The notes under the pieces were generated by a model. The model was not told the origin of the DNA and did no database searches. It saw nothing but the letters and a program-made list of their open reading frames with translations. The position numbers and the translations under genes were made by a program. DNA of 63,840 nucleotides, filler included, from Licmophora abbreviata (Eukaryota), in assembly GCA_900291995.1 (NCBI GenBank). It is 17 parts of 17 records of this genome, joined end to end, with 100 filler letters (N's around TTAATTAATTAA, not from the genome) between each part and the next. Parts side by side here need not be neighbours in the genome. Positions count along the whole stretch, not along the records: positions 9,824 to 13,745 come from OLMU01004007.1; positions 13,846 to 22,824 come from OLMU01004008.1; positions 22,925 to 34,885 come from OLMU01004010.1; 14 more parts are not named here. The stretch is one strand, 5' to 3'. Positions 13,086-25,599 of this stretch are shown one piece after another (the stretch's first letter is position 1; every line of letters starts with the position of its first letter).

Positions 13086-13702
13086 CCAGCAAGAATACGG
13101 TTGACTACGGCACACAAGGCGTCAATCGAAACAAGAATGCCAACGTAGGCTGTTTTGCGCGACGAACAGGCCAGTGCGATCTGAGACGACTTTCAGTCCC
13201 TCCTTTCCCTCCTTTGAACTTTCTCTCCACTATTCCGCACTCCAACACTAGTACTTCTGGTCAAATGAGTGCTCACCTCCGACGAAAAGACTTAATTTCA
13301 CCATGGTCTTGGACTCTATTTGGGCGGTCGGACGCATGCGAGGGGCTCGAAAACGGGGGACGGAGGAGAGGAAGTCAAACGCACCCGAGAATGGATTTGG
13401 AACTGCTTCAACTTGACCGTACAAACACTACGGCGCGACTCGTAGAGCAAAGATCGCGCTGTTTGCCACGTACTTCATCCTGTCTCCGGGTTGGTTCGTG
13501 CTTTGAGGTCCGACAAGGACTGGCGTACGAGTAGAAGAGCTATGCTTTTCTAGTCACGGAGCTCGAAGGCGCCCGTACGTACCTGGTCCGCAAACTGCTG
13601 GAAACTGGAAACTGGAAATTCGACCCGCGGCGACAACACTGATGCTGGTGATACCAGCTGCATACTGACCCAGTCAAGCTCCACCGCACATCGCCCCTAA
13701 CC

Positions 13703-14445
13703 ATGTCGTCGTCTTCTTCTGCCGCCACCCCATCGCCGCTGGTCTNNNNNNNNNNNNNNNNNNNNNNNNNNNNNNNNNNNNNNNNNNNNTTAATTAATTA
13801 ANNNNNNNNNNNNNNNNNNNNNNNNNNNNNNNNNNNNNNNNNNNNATTTCCTGGGAGGAGTGCTCATGCCTACAATTGCGCTAATTTTGTCGAGAAAAAA
13901 GGACAGACGCCGAGGCTCCAGTGCGAACGACCAGGAAGACGACGAAGATCTAGATGGCGTCGAAACGAGCGGTCCCTCCAGCCGATGGGGCATGATGAAC
14001 GCTCCTTACAAGGTGAGTGTAGGAAAGGATCGTAAATCGAAAAGGCAAGAGGAGAAAGAAAGGATCAGCTCACCTGGTCGGCCTCCTTTCGTGCACCATG
14101 CAGATGATACTGTGCGTCAACCAGGAACTGACTATGGGAAAGGGAAAGATTGCCGCTCAGTGCTGCCATGCAGCTGTCGGCTGCTACAAACGAGCCTCCA
14201 AGCAATGTCCAAAGGCGGTGTCAGCTTGGGAACATACGGGATGTGCCAAGATTGCTGTCAAGTGTCCAAATCAGGACGAGCTCGAAATGATTGCCGTCAA
14301 AGCCATTGAGAGAGACATTCCAGTTTATCTTGTCGAGGATGCCGGAAGAACACAGATTGCCGCTGGATCTAGAACTGTACTGGGACTTGGGCCAGCACCT
14401 GTAGGCATGTTTGAAGGAGTTACGTCTCACTTGAAACTCATGTAA
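13703..14445 (+). CDS. PTH2: Peptidyl-tRNA hydrolase 2
   Basis: KM.LCVNQEL.MGKGKIAAQCCHA and VEDAGRTQIAAGSRTVLG motifs; intron 14013-14103; N-terminal part interrupted by gap. Confidence 0.93.
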
Positions 14446-14788
14446 GAATGAGGACCCATGGGCACAGTACCGTTGCAACGATACTCCACTCCTTCGCTTC
14501 TTCATACTTCAACGTGCATGCACGACTTGCGACTTTCAAAACACTGCGATCGACGCACGAATCAGTCGACGGCAGACTAGAAAACTGTTACTGTTCCAGC
14601 GTCCGCAGACGAGACGCAGTTCAGTAGAGTAGCCGAGACAATTCTTCCTACTAGTTTACTGGCACCAGGAGTGTCGGGCCCCTATTCAATATGTACTTTC
14701 CAGTAGGCTCGCCGTTGGTTCAAAAACACTTGCAATCGACACCAGCGCGAAGAGACTGCAATCTTTCAGTCCCGAGAATCTTTGAATC

Positions 14789-16697
14789 TCACGCCAGATC
14801 GACCACTTCGGCTTCTTCCTCGGAGTCGTATCCCGTCCCTTCCGGCGCGACGTCTCCTCCGCTGGGATGGTCGCGATATCTTGGAGAGAATTCTCCCTCA
14901 TCTTCTTCCGTGGGTCCGACCGGTACCATCTCGGTGTTGTGATACCGGACGCCCCCGTCGCGTCGTCTCGAGAGCATGCGACCGACCAACATTCCCACCA
15001 CGAGTACGCCAAGCAACGCACCCAGCACTGCGCCACGACACGTCCAGTCGCTGCATGCATCGAGCGCAGGTTGTATGGTGCCTCCTGAATTCGTTGCATC
15101 TTCCTTCGGCTTGTCCAACTCGTGATCGTCTCCGTGATGACTGTCACCCGTGTGTTCGTCCGTGTCGGGAGGTGTCGTCTTCTTCTCCGAGGCTGTGCTG
15201 CCACCGCCACCGCTGGACTTGTCAAAACCATTCGCATGGATGAGATGCGTGTAGTCGCAATCACTTTCCGCCCACCCGATGCGACCCTTGTCGACGTCGA
15301 AGACGACATTATGTCCCATCATGGCGTTGGCACCCAATACACTGCCGGAGCCCTCGTCCGTGTAGAAGCGAGCCACATACTTGCCCTTCTTATCATCGTA
15401 CTCCATGTAGTGCGATGGGGGAATTGCTAAAAGAATGTCGTAGGGGTGATCTGGGTCGATACTCGCAGCCAATCCCGTCGTGGACTTGGCGTTCTTGAAT
15501 AAGTATTGATTGTAGTCCTCGTCGCCGCCAAGCTGCACGATAATCGTTGGCATTGAATCGAGCTGTTGTTTCGTAAGATCGACAGGGTTGTGATTGTAGT
15601 CCTTCCCAGTCATCTTCTTGTACGCCGTTTTGAAAGGCCCATCGAGCGATCGAGTGAAGTACGAGTCGGTTGTACCGGAATCGACAATGACGCGGCCACG
15701 ATTCAACGCATCTTCTGAAAGAGCGAGAGGGACGAGCTCCGCGCTACCATTCGTAGGCGTCACTGATTCGCCCGCACCTCCTTCACGCAAGTAGATGCGA
15801 CGAATATGAACATTGAAGAAGCCCGCGGAACCGTTTCCGCCAGTGTAGACCATGGGGCTTTTGTGGAATCGATCGTCGGCACCGCCAAGGGTGAGGGCGC
15901 CCGCTTCGGTCCCCTCGCGATCGGCTGTAGGCTGTCGCGAGAAGCAGAGTGCAAAGACGTTCTTGTCGATGGCTTTTGCCTGTTTCATTTGATTCCAGAA
16001 TGCCGTCGGTAGCATTGTCCATTCCCATGATACCGTCGGCAAGCTGCGTCTTGAAGAGTCCGGTGATGCTGGTTTGACACCCGAACGTCATGTCAAACCC
16101 AAATGCACTAGCGTGATAGGGGTCCAGATCTTCGGAGCCCCCATTGTCTGTTACGAGAGGCACCGAGTGGGGTCCGCCAGCATACGTGCGATCACTGCAC
16201 TCGTAGGCACTCCACGAACTGCCCTCCTGGTAGCTCATGCCGAGACGACATTCGTCGCCCTTGCACCGCCCGCGTGAGCACTCGCTGCATTCAAATTTGT
16301 GAAAGGTGGAAGACGCTGCTTCGACAAAGTACTTGTCGATGTGATAGGAGTCACCACAGTCCTTGCATCCGCTGCAAGGAAAGGCCGTCACGCCGCTTCC
16401 GGTATCGACAATGACTGTCTGTCGCTGCGGCGGAGTACCCACCCACAAATCGACGTAGTGCGTCCCGTATCCCTGATACAGAGCACCGACCTGCTGCGCC
16501 TGTTCTCTTCTGCGAATCGTTGATGTATGTTCCATGCGACGACGCTGTTTCTGCACGTGGTGCGGCACCAAAGGCATCGAAAGCACCTTGTTCTGATCCT
16601 GCACCGGCACCGACTGGCATATCGGCAGTGTTGAAGCGATTGTCAGCGCTGCGAGCGCCAAGAGTCCCATGCTTAGCCGGGGTGACACTGTCGACAT
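14789..16697 (-). CDS. Plasmepsin V-like aspartic protease (A1) with signal peptide and C-terminal TM helix; +1 frameshift near 16010
   Basis: IVDTGS and IVDSGTT catalytic motifs, FPCxxCxxCGxxxH insert, SYxEGS flap, TM segment GAVLGALLGVLVVGMLVG. Two ORFs join by removing one base. Confidence 0.88.
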
Positions 16698-17090
16698 TTC
16701 AGTTTTGGTGGGGAACAAGCTCAAGCGGAGCGACAAGAGCAGAGCGCAACGTGAAGGTCAAAGGTGCGGTTCGACTCTTGGCTCTTGGGATCCAAGGCAG
16801 CTTGTGAGTGAAAAGAGACTTGAGACTGTGGTCTTGCGCTTTGCTTGATTGATTCATTCGACTATCTCATTCGGCGAGGGAGCGAGCGAGACAGAGCGGG
16901 CCGTGTTGAATGTGTAGACTTTCTACTAGATTCTGTATACTCGTACAGGCCTCCCACTTGACAGGCACACGGACGAATTTGAACAGTGCCATCGTAACTG
17001 CATAGCGAACCGGGGCCATGTTATAGGTATCATACTGCAGCCTATTGCGTATGGCCAAGCCGTAAATAACATCATGACAACTTAGTTTAC

Positions 17091-18525
17091 TCACTTCACT
17101 GTGCTCGTCAGACTCGGGAGTGTTCTTTTAGACTTTCCTTCACGAACTAGATCGGTCCAGAACGAGTCGGCGGTACGAACCCATCTTGCTCGCTCATCAA
17201 TTGAAATGCCATCCTGGTCACTGTTTGTTTGGAGATCTTCCAGTTCGTACGTTTCTAACTCAGTAGGGCTATCTGCCATTGGCTTCATCATGTGCCATCC
17301 AATACTTACCATGCCAGGACGCTCGTTCGTTTCAGGGTGAATGACTGGGCCCTTGCGCAACAAGCCCACCGTGTGCGAAAGCGACGACTTTGACGCGACA
17401 AAGACGTCTGCCACTACCATTTGGTAAATCACGCTATCCATGGAAGTATCGCTATCCTGCCCCACAATTGAGAGGTCTCGTTCGAGTGGTTCGGTCATGT
17501 TCAAGTAGCTGATCACCTCTTCGCGTGTGCCATCCGAGTGGATGACGATGCGCATGCCACCATCATTCGCGGTCGCTCTTCTTAGCTTGTCCAAGATATT
17601 GGTGTAAAAGGAGCCACCAACAGATCGCGATCGGACAGCGTCGCCCCTTCGCACGTGAAGTACGACCGTGAGTGCATCCGCGGCAAACATGTGGTCGTTC
17701 GCCCGTGCAAGCTCCAACGCCGTCTTTCCCGCTTGTAGAAAGGACTCTCGTAGAATCGGGGAAATTCCATTTCTCCATCGTCTTCCAATTGTCTCGGGCT
17801 CTCTGCCAAGTTGACACCAGAAAAAATCCCAACAGTTGTCTGCTGTAAAGACAGGTCTTAGACCACCGTCAGTCTGTCTCTTTTGACACGCTCCGTTTCG
17901 AATCGATTCATCAAACCAACTCTTCTGACCACATCGTCCGATGAAGGGCAGGGGACGACGAGTCACTCGTTTCATAGTCGAATTGTCAAACAAAATTGCA
18001 TGCGAGAGGGCTGGAATGGCGTGGCTGATCCCAAAATACGTCTCCATTTTGCTCGAGTCGGTTCCATGCTCGGCTCGATCCATAGGCATGTGCACGTAGG
18101 TCATGTTGAGAGCGGCAGCAGTGGCGATACACGATAGCTTCGCTTCCATCTGATGACCAATACCATCACTACTGTAGCAACTGATCAAGCACGGCTGTGT
18201 TGGCATCTGCGAGTCCTCCAGCTTGTGCAGGCCACCTGGTGGCGGCCCTTCCAGAGGGTGGGAGATTGCTCTCGTGGATCGAGATCGGAGGGACGCATCC
18301 CAAGAGGAAGCCATCGAAATCTGCAGTGCAGGGATCAAGGGTGTGATCTTGTTAGAGTACCGGGATGAGCTTTCTTGAAAAGTACATTGGCGGACAGTAT
18401 TTACTTACATCTCCTAAAGAGGTAGCCACCACGGCATCATGAAAGTCGACTGATATGACAATAAAGAAGTTCATACTGACGACGACTACGCCCATGACGA
18501 GAAGCGAAGCCAAGCACCAGTTCAT
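17091..18525 (-). CDS. Type II membrane glycosyltransferase (fucosyltransferase-like, GT11/GT23-like motifs)
   Basis: Exon 1 (18525-18409) encodes a TM anchor; intron 18321-18408; DGIGHQ, LHVRRGD and ADVFVASKSSLS motifs. Confidence 0.75.
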
Positions 18526-18888
18526 TCTCGACCTCTTCGCGCTCCTGCTTACTCCGAATTATCGTTGCGCATCCCTGTCCTCGTCAAGTGAAATAGTCCT
18601 CGGGGTCCTCGACCTCCGTGCCGGTCATTCGAAACTAGTTTGTCGGCCATCTTGACATTTTTTCAACTTTCGCGCCAAATCATCGTCATAGTGTCTGCGA
18701 GGGACTATGTAGTATCAGAGCTCATAGCTCGTCGCCCGGACAGTTCAAAATGAATGCCCGTGTTTGCGAGGGAGAAAGCGATTGCGCTGATTTTACAACG
18801 TATCAAACAATAAAAGAAGAAGTATGAAATGTAACAAGCTATCTATTCAATTCCTGTCCTGCGATTGTTGGACCCTGCATTCTCCCAA

Positions 18889-20490
18889 TTACTCAGAGGA
18901 TTCTTCGTCGTTATTTACAGTCTCATAGTCGCATTCGGATTCAGAAATTCCAATGCGCTGATTCTCCATATCAAAGAAGACTTCGTGTCCCATGAGAAAG
19001 TTAGCCCCCAGTACACCACCCTTTTCCTCGTTAAAGTACAATCGACTTGTGTACTTGTCCTCTTTGGCGTTGTATTCCATGTAGTGGGATGGCGGCATGG
19101 CGACCAAGACGTCGGTCGGTCGGTCTGGATCTAAATCTCCAACCAGTCCTTCAGGAGTCATGTCGCTGCTATCGTCATCGACAGCACTGACTTGCAGCTG
19201 AATCAGAATAGTCGGTAACGCCTCCAGATCTTCGAGACCCAATTCACGATCGTCATTGCTGTAGGCGTAGCCCGTCACCATCTCCCACGCCTCGTTGAAC
19301 GGACCAGCAAGTTTCGACGACAGGTAGGTGTCGGTGGTGCCACTGTCCAGAATGACATTGCCATTGTTCATTTCCGCTTCCGCGAGGCTTACTGCCTCGA
19401 TCTGAACATCCGTTTTATTCATGGCGTCCGGTACGACTACCCGATCGCCTCCGCCACGGCGAAGATAGATGTTCTTGATTCGGACCGTATACCACCCGTG
19501 ATCGTTGAGCTGACTGGCGTAAACCATGGTCGTATCGTGAAGACGGTGGTCAGTCCCTCCCAATGTCATCGCTCCCGCTAGCGTTCCATCGCTCTCGGCC
19601 ACAGGCTGCCTTGAAAAGCACAAACTGAAGGACTGCTCCTTGAGCACTCCAAGCGAGTACATTTGCTTCCAAAACGACATCTCCATTATTTCCATGCCCA
19701 TGATTCCATCGGCTAGCTGAGATTTGAAGAGACCCGTCAAGTGTGTCTGGCACCCAAAGTGTAGCTGAAAGACGTCGCTGGGAGTTTCATCTAGCGCTTT
19801 GTCGTGAGGACCGCCGGAATAGACCATGTCGACCGCTTCAAAGGCTCGCCATGAGCTGCCCTCTTCATATGCCACGCCAATGTCACAAGACATCCCAGTG
19901 AAGCACTTCCCAAGTTCGCATTCTCCACATACAACTTCTTTAAATGTGGTACTTTCTGTCTCTTGAAAGTAGGTGTCGGTGTGGAAGCCCGTACCGCATC
20001 CACTGCAGTCGCTGCATGGAAACGACGTCACAGAGGACCCAGTATCGACGATGACCGTCTGGCGCTGAGGCGGTGTTCCGACCCACAAGTCGACATAGTG
20101 CGTTCCGTACCCCTGATAGAGAGCATCGACGTCCAGGCTTTCTTCTGGAAGAACTGGTTGTGCAGCAGATGAAGCAGCTTCTTCTTGTTTCGCCGCGGCA
20201 ATCTGGTTCATTTGCTCGTAGTGCGAGTAGGGCTGCGCCGGACGATCCAGACGACGACCATAGCGACGTCCTCGGTGGTTCCCGTTTCCCCTTTCAGGAT
20301 GGCGATGATCAGCGTATCGAACTCGATGCGGCACCAGCGGAAACGACAGCGTGCCGCCGCTCGTGGTGGAAGTGAAGGCTTCACTCATTGAGACTCTGCC
20401 GCGAAGCGACGCAAATTCCGAGTCTTTGACGGCTTCTCCGTAATAAGCGTCGCCAGTCAGCAGGGCAAGCGCAGTCAATAGAATGTGCAT
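18889..20490 (-). CDS. Plasmepsin V-like aspartic protease (A1), signal peptide, no C-terminal TM
   Basis: Signal peptide, YQGYGTHYVDLWVGTPPQRQTVIVDTGS identical to the neighbouring paralog, ILDSGTT, LGANF. Confidence 0.92.
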   Translation of the reverse strand: MHILLTALALLTGDAYYGEAVKDSEFASLRGRVSMSEAFTSTTSGGTLSFPLVPHRVRYADHRHPERGNGNHRGRRYGRRLDRPAQPYSHYEQMNQIAAAKQEEAASSAAQPVLPEESLDVDALYQGYGTHYVDLWVGTPPQRQTVIVDTGSSVTSFPCSDCSGCGTGFHTDTYFQETESTTFKEVVCGECELGKCFTGMSCDIGVAYEEGSSWRAFEAVDMVYSGGPHDKALDETPSDVFQLHFGCQTHLTGLFKSQLADGIMGMEIMEMSFWKQMYSLGVLKEQSFSLCFSRQPVAESDGTLAGAMTLGGTDHRLHDTTMVYASQLNDHGWYTVRIKNIYLRRGGGDRVVVPDAMNKTDVQIEAVSLAEAEMNNGNVILDSGTTDTYLSSKLAGPFNEAWEMVTGYAYSNDDRELGLEDLEALPTILIQLQVSAVDDDSSDMTPEGLVGDLDPDRPTDVLVAMPPSHYMEYNAKEDKYTSRLYFNEEKGGVLGANFLMGHEVFFDMENQRIGISESECDYETVNNDEESSE

Positions 20491-20957
20491 GGTGGAGCGT
20501 TGGTGCCTGTTTCAAAGCGAGAAGGGACGATGATGATTTGACTTCAATACTCGCCCTCGGTCATCATGGTCGACGGTGTGTCGGTGTCGCAAGGCCCCTC
20601 AAGGTGCGAAAGGCGCGCCGAGCATCGGTCATTCTATGCTTTAACTCTGTTTATTATAAGGCCCAAAGGACATTAAAGTAATGACTCCTGATACGTCTAG
20701 GCATTTAATAATATACAACTAGAAGTAAACTAATACACTCCGAACACCGAAACTACCTTCACGATTTGGAATGACCTCCCGCAAATTACGTGTTCAATGT
20801 GCGCTTAGACCTACACCATGGCCCTTGATGAATGTTGAGCAAATCACAATTGAGACGTCCCCCGCACAAAACATACATTGTCGAGTAGAGACGGTGAGAG
20901 AGTTTACCAGTATGAACGGACTTTCTCGAGGACAAGCGCCTATCGTTACTGCACAGT

Positions 20958-22824
20958 ATGGATGCCATGCTGACTGCGGCTCCGAAAAACAAATTTCATC
21001 ATTCACTAGCTGCCTTGGGGTTTCTGGCGTCCATGGCGCTGATGCAAGTTCTGTTTTCCTCATCGGATCACAGCACTGCTCTGACACAGCGAGGTTTGGC
21101 TCAGCCTCAAATGCTGGCGGCCCATCGAGGAATCGGGCAACACTACGTCACACTGCAAGTCGGCTCTCCATCCAAAAATCTCCCAAAGCGATTGGTCGTA
21201 GCACTGGACAGTGAGGCCACGACTTTCCCTTGCACTGACTGCGACGCTTCCTGTGGTTACGACATGCAGAGACTGTTTGATCCATCTGCTTCTAGAATAC
21301 ACTCTTGTCCCAGTGAGTGTGTGTTTCGCAACGACGCTCGATGTGAGGATCAAACGAATGTATGTGTCGTTCGTATGGAGCAACCGGAAACGAAAGAAGC
21401 GTACGTCGGCTATGAAGTTCAAGATCACGTGGGAATATACGTCACGTCATCACAGAAGCATTCCTCCGCGATGTTCCCTCTGACCTTTCATTGTCAGACA
21501 CAGGTGACACCATCCACTGCTGACGGCACGCAAGTAGCGGACGGAACTCTCGGCATGTCGGGTGGGCCCAACTCGTTTGTCCGTCAGATGCATGCGGCTG
21601 GTCGCTTGTCGCAAGCGCAGTTTGCGCTGTGCTTTCGAGAGGCGCCCATTATTGTGCAAGCAGGCGTCTCCGCAGGCAGCGTGACGATGGGAGCGATCGA
21701 TCGGACACAACACAAGACACCGTTGGTGTGGGCCCAGAACGCCTTTGACCCTACCGTCGACACCTACCTTCACCCGTCGTTTGCTTCGACTCCATTTTCC
21801 GTGCACATTCGGCGTATCTATCTAGGAATTGGAGCGCACAAAGAAGATTTACTTCTTCGAATCAGTCAAGGGATGGTTGCGCTCATGCCGATAGACACGA
21901 ACGTTGTCGCCGTTGATGGATTCGACAGACAGTCGACTACCGGTACTCAAGAGAACCCATACGAGTTTCTGAATGGTACCAAAGGCTCCGTGGGTATTCA
22001 AAATCGTCATGTTGAGACGCTGCTACATCGAAGCGCTGAGTTGGCGTTTCGTGCGACCTTTGCCACCGTCACCGGTATAAACTACCCATCGTCTTCAGGA
22101 GCACACATGACCAGACATCAGTACGAACATCTCCCGTCAATTTTATTGCAGCTGGAGGTAAGTGGAGGGCTCTGTCATCAGAATCAGACGCGTTGTCTCT
22201 CGTCTTATCTAGCTTGTGGTATTTCTTGTTCGCGTTTCGCAACACCTGCAGGCCCACCTTCAGGTTCAATCAGTGTCGACTGCTGTGCCAGGTTTCATCG
22301 GCCGCCACGACGGCAAACATCCTTTCGACATTGTACTGGTCATTCCACCACGCCGCTATCTTCACTATGATGATGCTATTGGGATTGCTGTCCCGACATT
22401 GTCATTTCACAGCACCACTAGTCGACTCGGTACCCACGCACTGCAAGGGCATGAAATAGTCTTCGATCTTGACCACGGAAAGATTGGCTTTGCCGAAACG
22501 GCCGAGTGTTCCGAAGGTATCAACTTGATTTCGCAAGGCGCAGCGTGGAGCGAAAATGGAGAAGCTAGTGAGTCTGCCAGCTCTCGCGCATCAAATGAAG
22601 GCGGCATAGGCGACGGAGATACAGAGGAGGAATGGGTGCCGGATGACGTAGCGGCTAACCGCGGTACCGGGGACTCTCCTCCGGGGAAGGAGAGTCAAAT
22701 GGCACCCAATGGTAAGCAGAAGAATGGTGACCCTTCCGTCGTTCCCGGAGAAGGAGCTCGCCCACAGACTGCAACCCAAGGTGACGAGCCGGTAACCGTC
22801 ACGTCGGACGCCGGGCCCAACGAT
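20958..22824 (+). CDS. Aspartic protease-like protein lacking catalytic aspartates (pseudoprotease), 3'-truncated by gap
   Basis: Aligns with both neighbours (HYVTLQVGSP, FPCTDC, FHCQT, ADGTLGM, FALCF, VHIRRIYL, IPP..Y, FDLDHGKIGFAE), but DTG is replaced by ALD and DSG by QNR; intron 22158-22251. Confidence 0.8.
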
Positions 22825-22924
22825 NNNNNNNNNNNNNNNNNNNNNNNNNNNNNNNNNNNNNNNNNNNNTTAATTAATTAANNNNNNNNNNNNNNNNNNNN
22901 NNNNNNNNNNNNNNNNNNNNNNNN

Positions 22925-24762
22925 CTTGGCAAACTTGTCTTCGACTTCGGAAGGACCCGAATCAATCGATTTTTCCGAGCCCGCAGAAGAGGTTCGATTC
23001 ATTTTGCTCATAGACGATGCCATACTCAAGCTACTGACCCAAGTTACCCCAATCATGGCTGAACGTAGTTTCATTCTTGCATTGAACGTCTTCAGTCTCT
23101 GTGACGCGCCATCCAGACGCACGAGCGATAGACGCTTCCTCCTGTCCTCTTGCAGCCAATTGTGACTCAGGGCCTCCTTCGCGGACATACGCTCATCGGG
23201 ATCCGTCACCAAAAGACGCGCAACTAAGTCCTTGGCATCATCCGAGACGGCGTCCCAATCCTCATCAAACTCGTAATTGCCGACGACGATCTTCCGAAAG
23301 AGCTCCTTCTGCGATCGGCCCAAGAAAGGTAGATTTCCTCCCAGCAGCAAAAACACAATGCACCCTACACTCCACATGTCCGACAATTGATCATACTTAT
23401 GACGCATTAAGATCTCGGGCGACACAAAGAATGGAGTCCCACACTGCTTCGTCAGTGACTTGGGTTCGAGCACGCGAGCAGCAAAGCCAAAATCGGCCAG
23501 CTTGATGTACGAATCGTCCTCGTCGCTCTGTCCTCGCCAGACAAACAAAAATAAACCAACATAGTGAGACACATAAAGTGGTATCCACCATAACAAGGGC
23601 TCGGACATCGACGGAACGTACCACCAACAACAGATTCTTGGGTTTCATGTCACAGTGCGCAATGTCCCGTTCGTGGCAATACGCGACAGCCTTGAGCATT
23701 TTGGAAACAAGATCCCGGGCGTCGCATTCGCTGTAAGACTTCTTCTTTCCGATCCGATCAAATAGATCTCCTCCACTCATGAGTTCCATCACTATGAAAT
23801 AGCAGTCTTTCTCGTCGAAGAAATCAATCAGCGGCACAATGTGGGGGTGCTCAAGTGAAGCGAGAATACTGACTTCGTCGTAGATTGCGGCATCGTCCGA
23901 TGCAGGCAGGTCCTTTCGCAAGACACACTTGATGGCGACCTTCTTACCAGAGGCACGATGGGTTCCACGACAAACAGTCGCAAAGGAGCCGGACTTGAGC
24001 TGCAATTTTGTAGGACGGTGGCGACGATCGTTAGCTTCGCGTTACAAGGAAACATCGCGAGAATGACACAGCAACCGACGTTTGTTCTAGACGTACCCTC
24101 GCATTCAGCTGGTAGACTTCACGAAAGGGCCGTCCCTTGCAACCCTCCGGGAATTCAGGAAACTCGCACTTGACGACAGCCTTTCGCACCTGAAGTGCGG
24201 CGAAATCAAAGACTTCCTTGGCGATTCGATATCCAGGGTCGCTCGCCTTTGGAGCATCAAGACCCTTGGAAACCAACTTGGTTTCTACGACGTACCAGTT
24301 GCCTTTCTCAGATTCCTGACGAGCACAGGCTTTACAGACAACCTGCAGCTGGAAAGATCCGGCACGAAGATGAGGATTCAAGGAGAGCGTCCAGACGCAG
24401 CCCTGAGGTTCAAAGTGAACATTGGAAATATCTTTCGAGCCGTCGCAATCTGTCAGGCTTTCCACGGTCGCCTGAATTGAGTCTACTACTTTCTGGAGCT
24501 CTGCTGATTCATCCAGTACGACCGTGTTCTCGGTGGTGTACTGGTCATCATCGTTGATGCGAAACGCCGCATTCAGAAAGGACGAGGCGGTCCGGTAGCT
24601 CTTGCACTCTGGGGCAGAAATTGAACCCGACAAAACGGCAGCCGACGAGAGATCCAAAAGGGAAGGAGCCAAGCCGTCGGAACGCTTCTGCAGTTGAGGT
24701 GTCATGAATAGCTGCGGCGTCAGGGACGGGTCCCTCGGAGGAGCGGGCGGTTGGCTGGTCAT
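22925..24762 (-). CDS. Ser/Thr protein kinase, CAMK family, with N-terminal extension
   Basis: KSGSFATV, VAIK, HCDMKPKN, LADFG, CGTPFFVSPE, DMWSVG and autoinhibitory FNARMKL; introns 24000-24096 and 23528-23621; 3' end in gap. Confidence 0.92.
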
Positions 24763-25599
24763 AGCAAGTATATGACTTCAAAATTCAGATCTGATTCGGC
24801 AGTTTGGAGCGTGGGCAGCCGATTTTCGAGCAACGAAAAACCAGGGAGCGATTCTTTGTCTATGATTCAACAGCTGATGTTCTCAAAAGGCTTCAGATCA
24901 CAACAGTGAAGTCAGATGTGATCAACGGCAACAAGCGATGACGCCTTGGAAAACTGCGGTCATCGACGATGAGAGCCCCGAGATCGAACCCAGAACCTAC
25001 TCTCTCTCTCGCAATAAATCTGCACAGAAAGAGTGAGTCAAAAATCACTTTCCAAATCGAAATTAATGCACAAACCGTAATACCTAACTATATTTGTCAA
25101 TAAGACATATTCACGGGAATAGTGTATAGTACACGGTACTGAACACAGACCGTATGGTATGTATGTACTAGCAAGCACTCACACAATCATTGTTTGGGTG
25201 CCGAATCTGGGATCTTCGCTGCACTTGACTGTCGCCCATCTCCATCACTATTTCACCAAGACAAGTCCGAAAAGGGTAAGCTTGAGGTTCAATGCTGTCG
25301 ATACGTCGGACCGTGCGCACAAGAGAGAGTGACAGCAGCACAGAAATTCGAACATGAACCAAGAAGAGCCGAGCTTCGTAAGAAGTAAGCGAGAGAAGTT
25401 ACTCTTGTCATCATACGAGTGTCATATCTTGCTACTTATGGTTCCGACTTCTTTCAACACAGGGATCCGGAAGAGAGTCTTGAGGCATACGCATATATCG
25501 TACCTGGTAACTGGAACATATCTATCGTTTATGCAGTAGCAACCGTTAGGGTCAGTGGCGCTTCGAATCTACCATTGTCGATGAATTTCTGTTGAGGAG

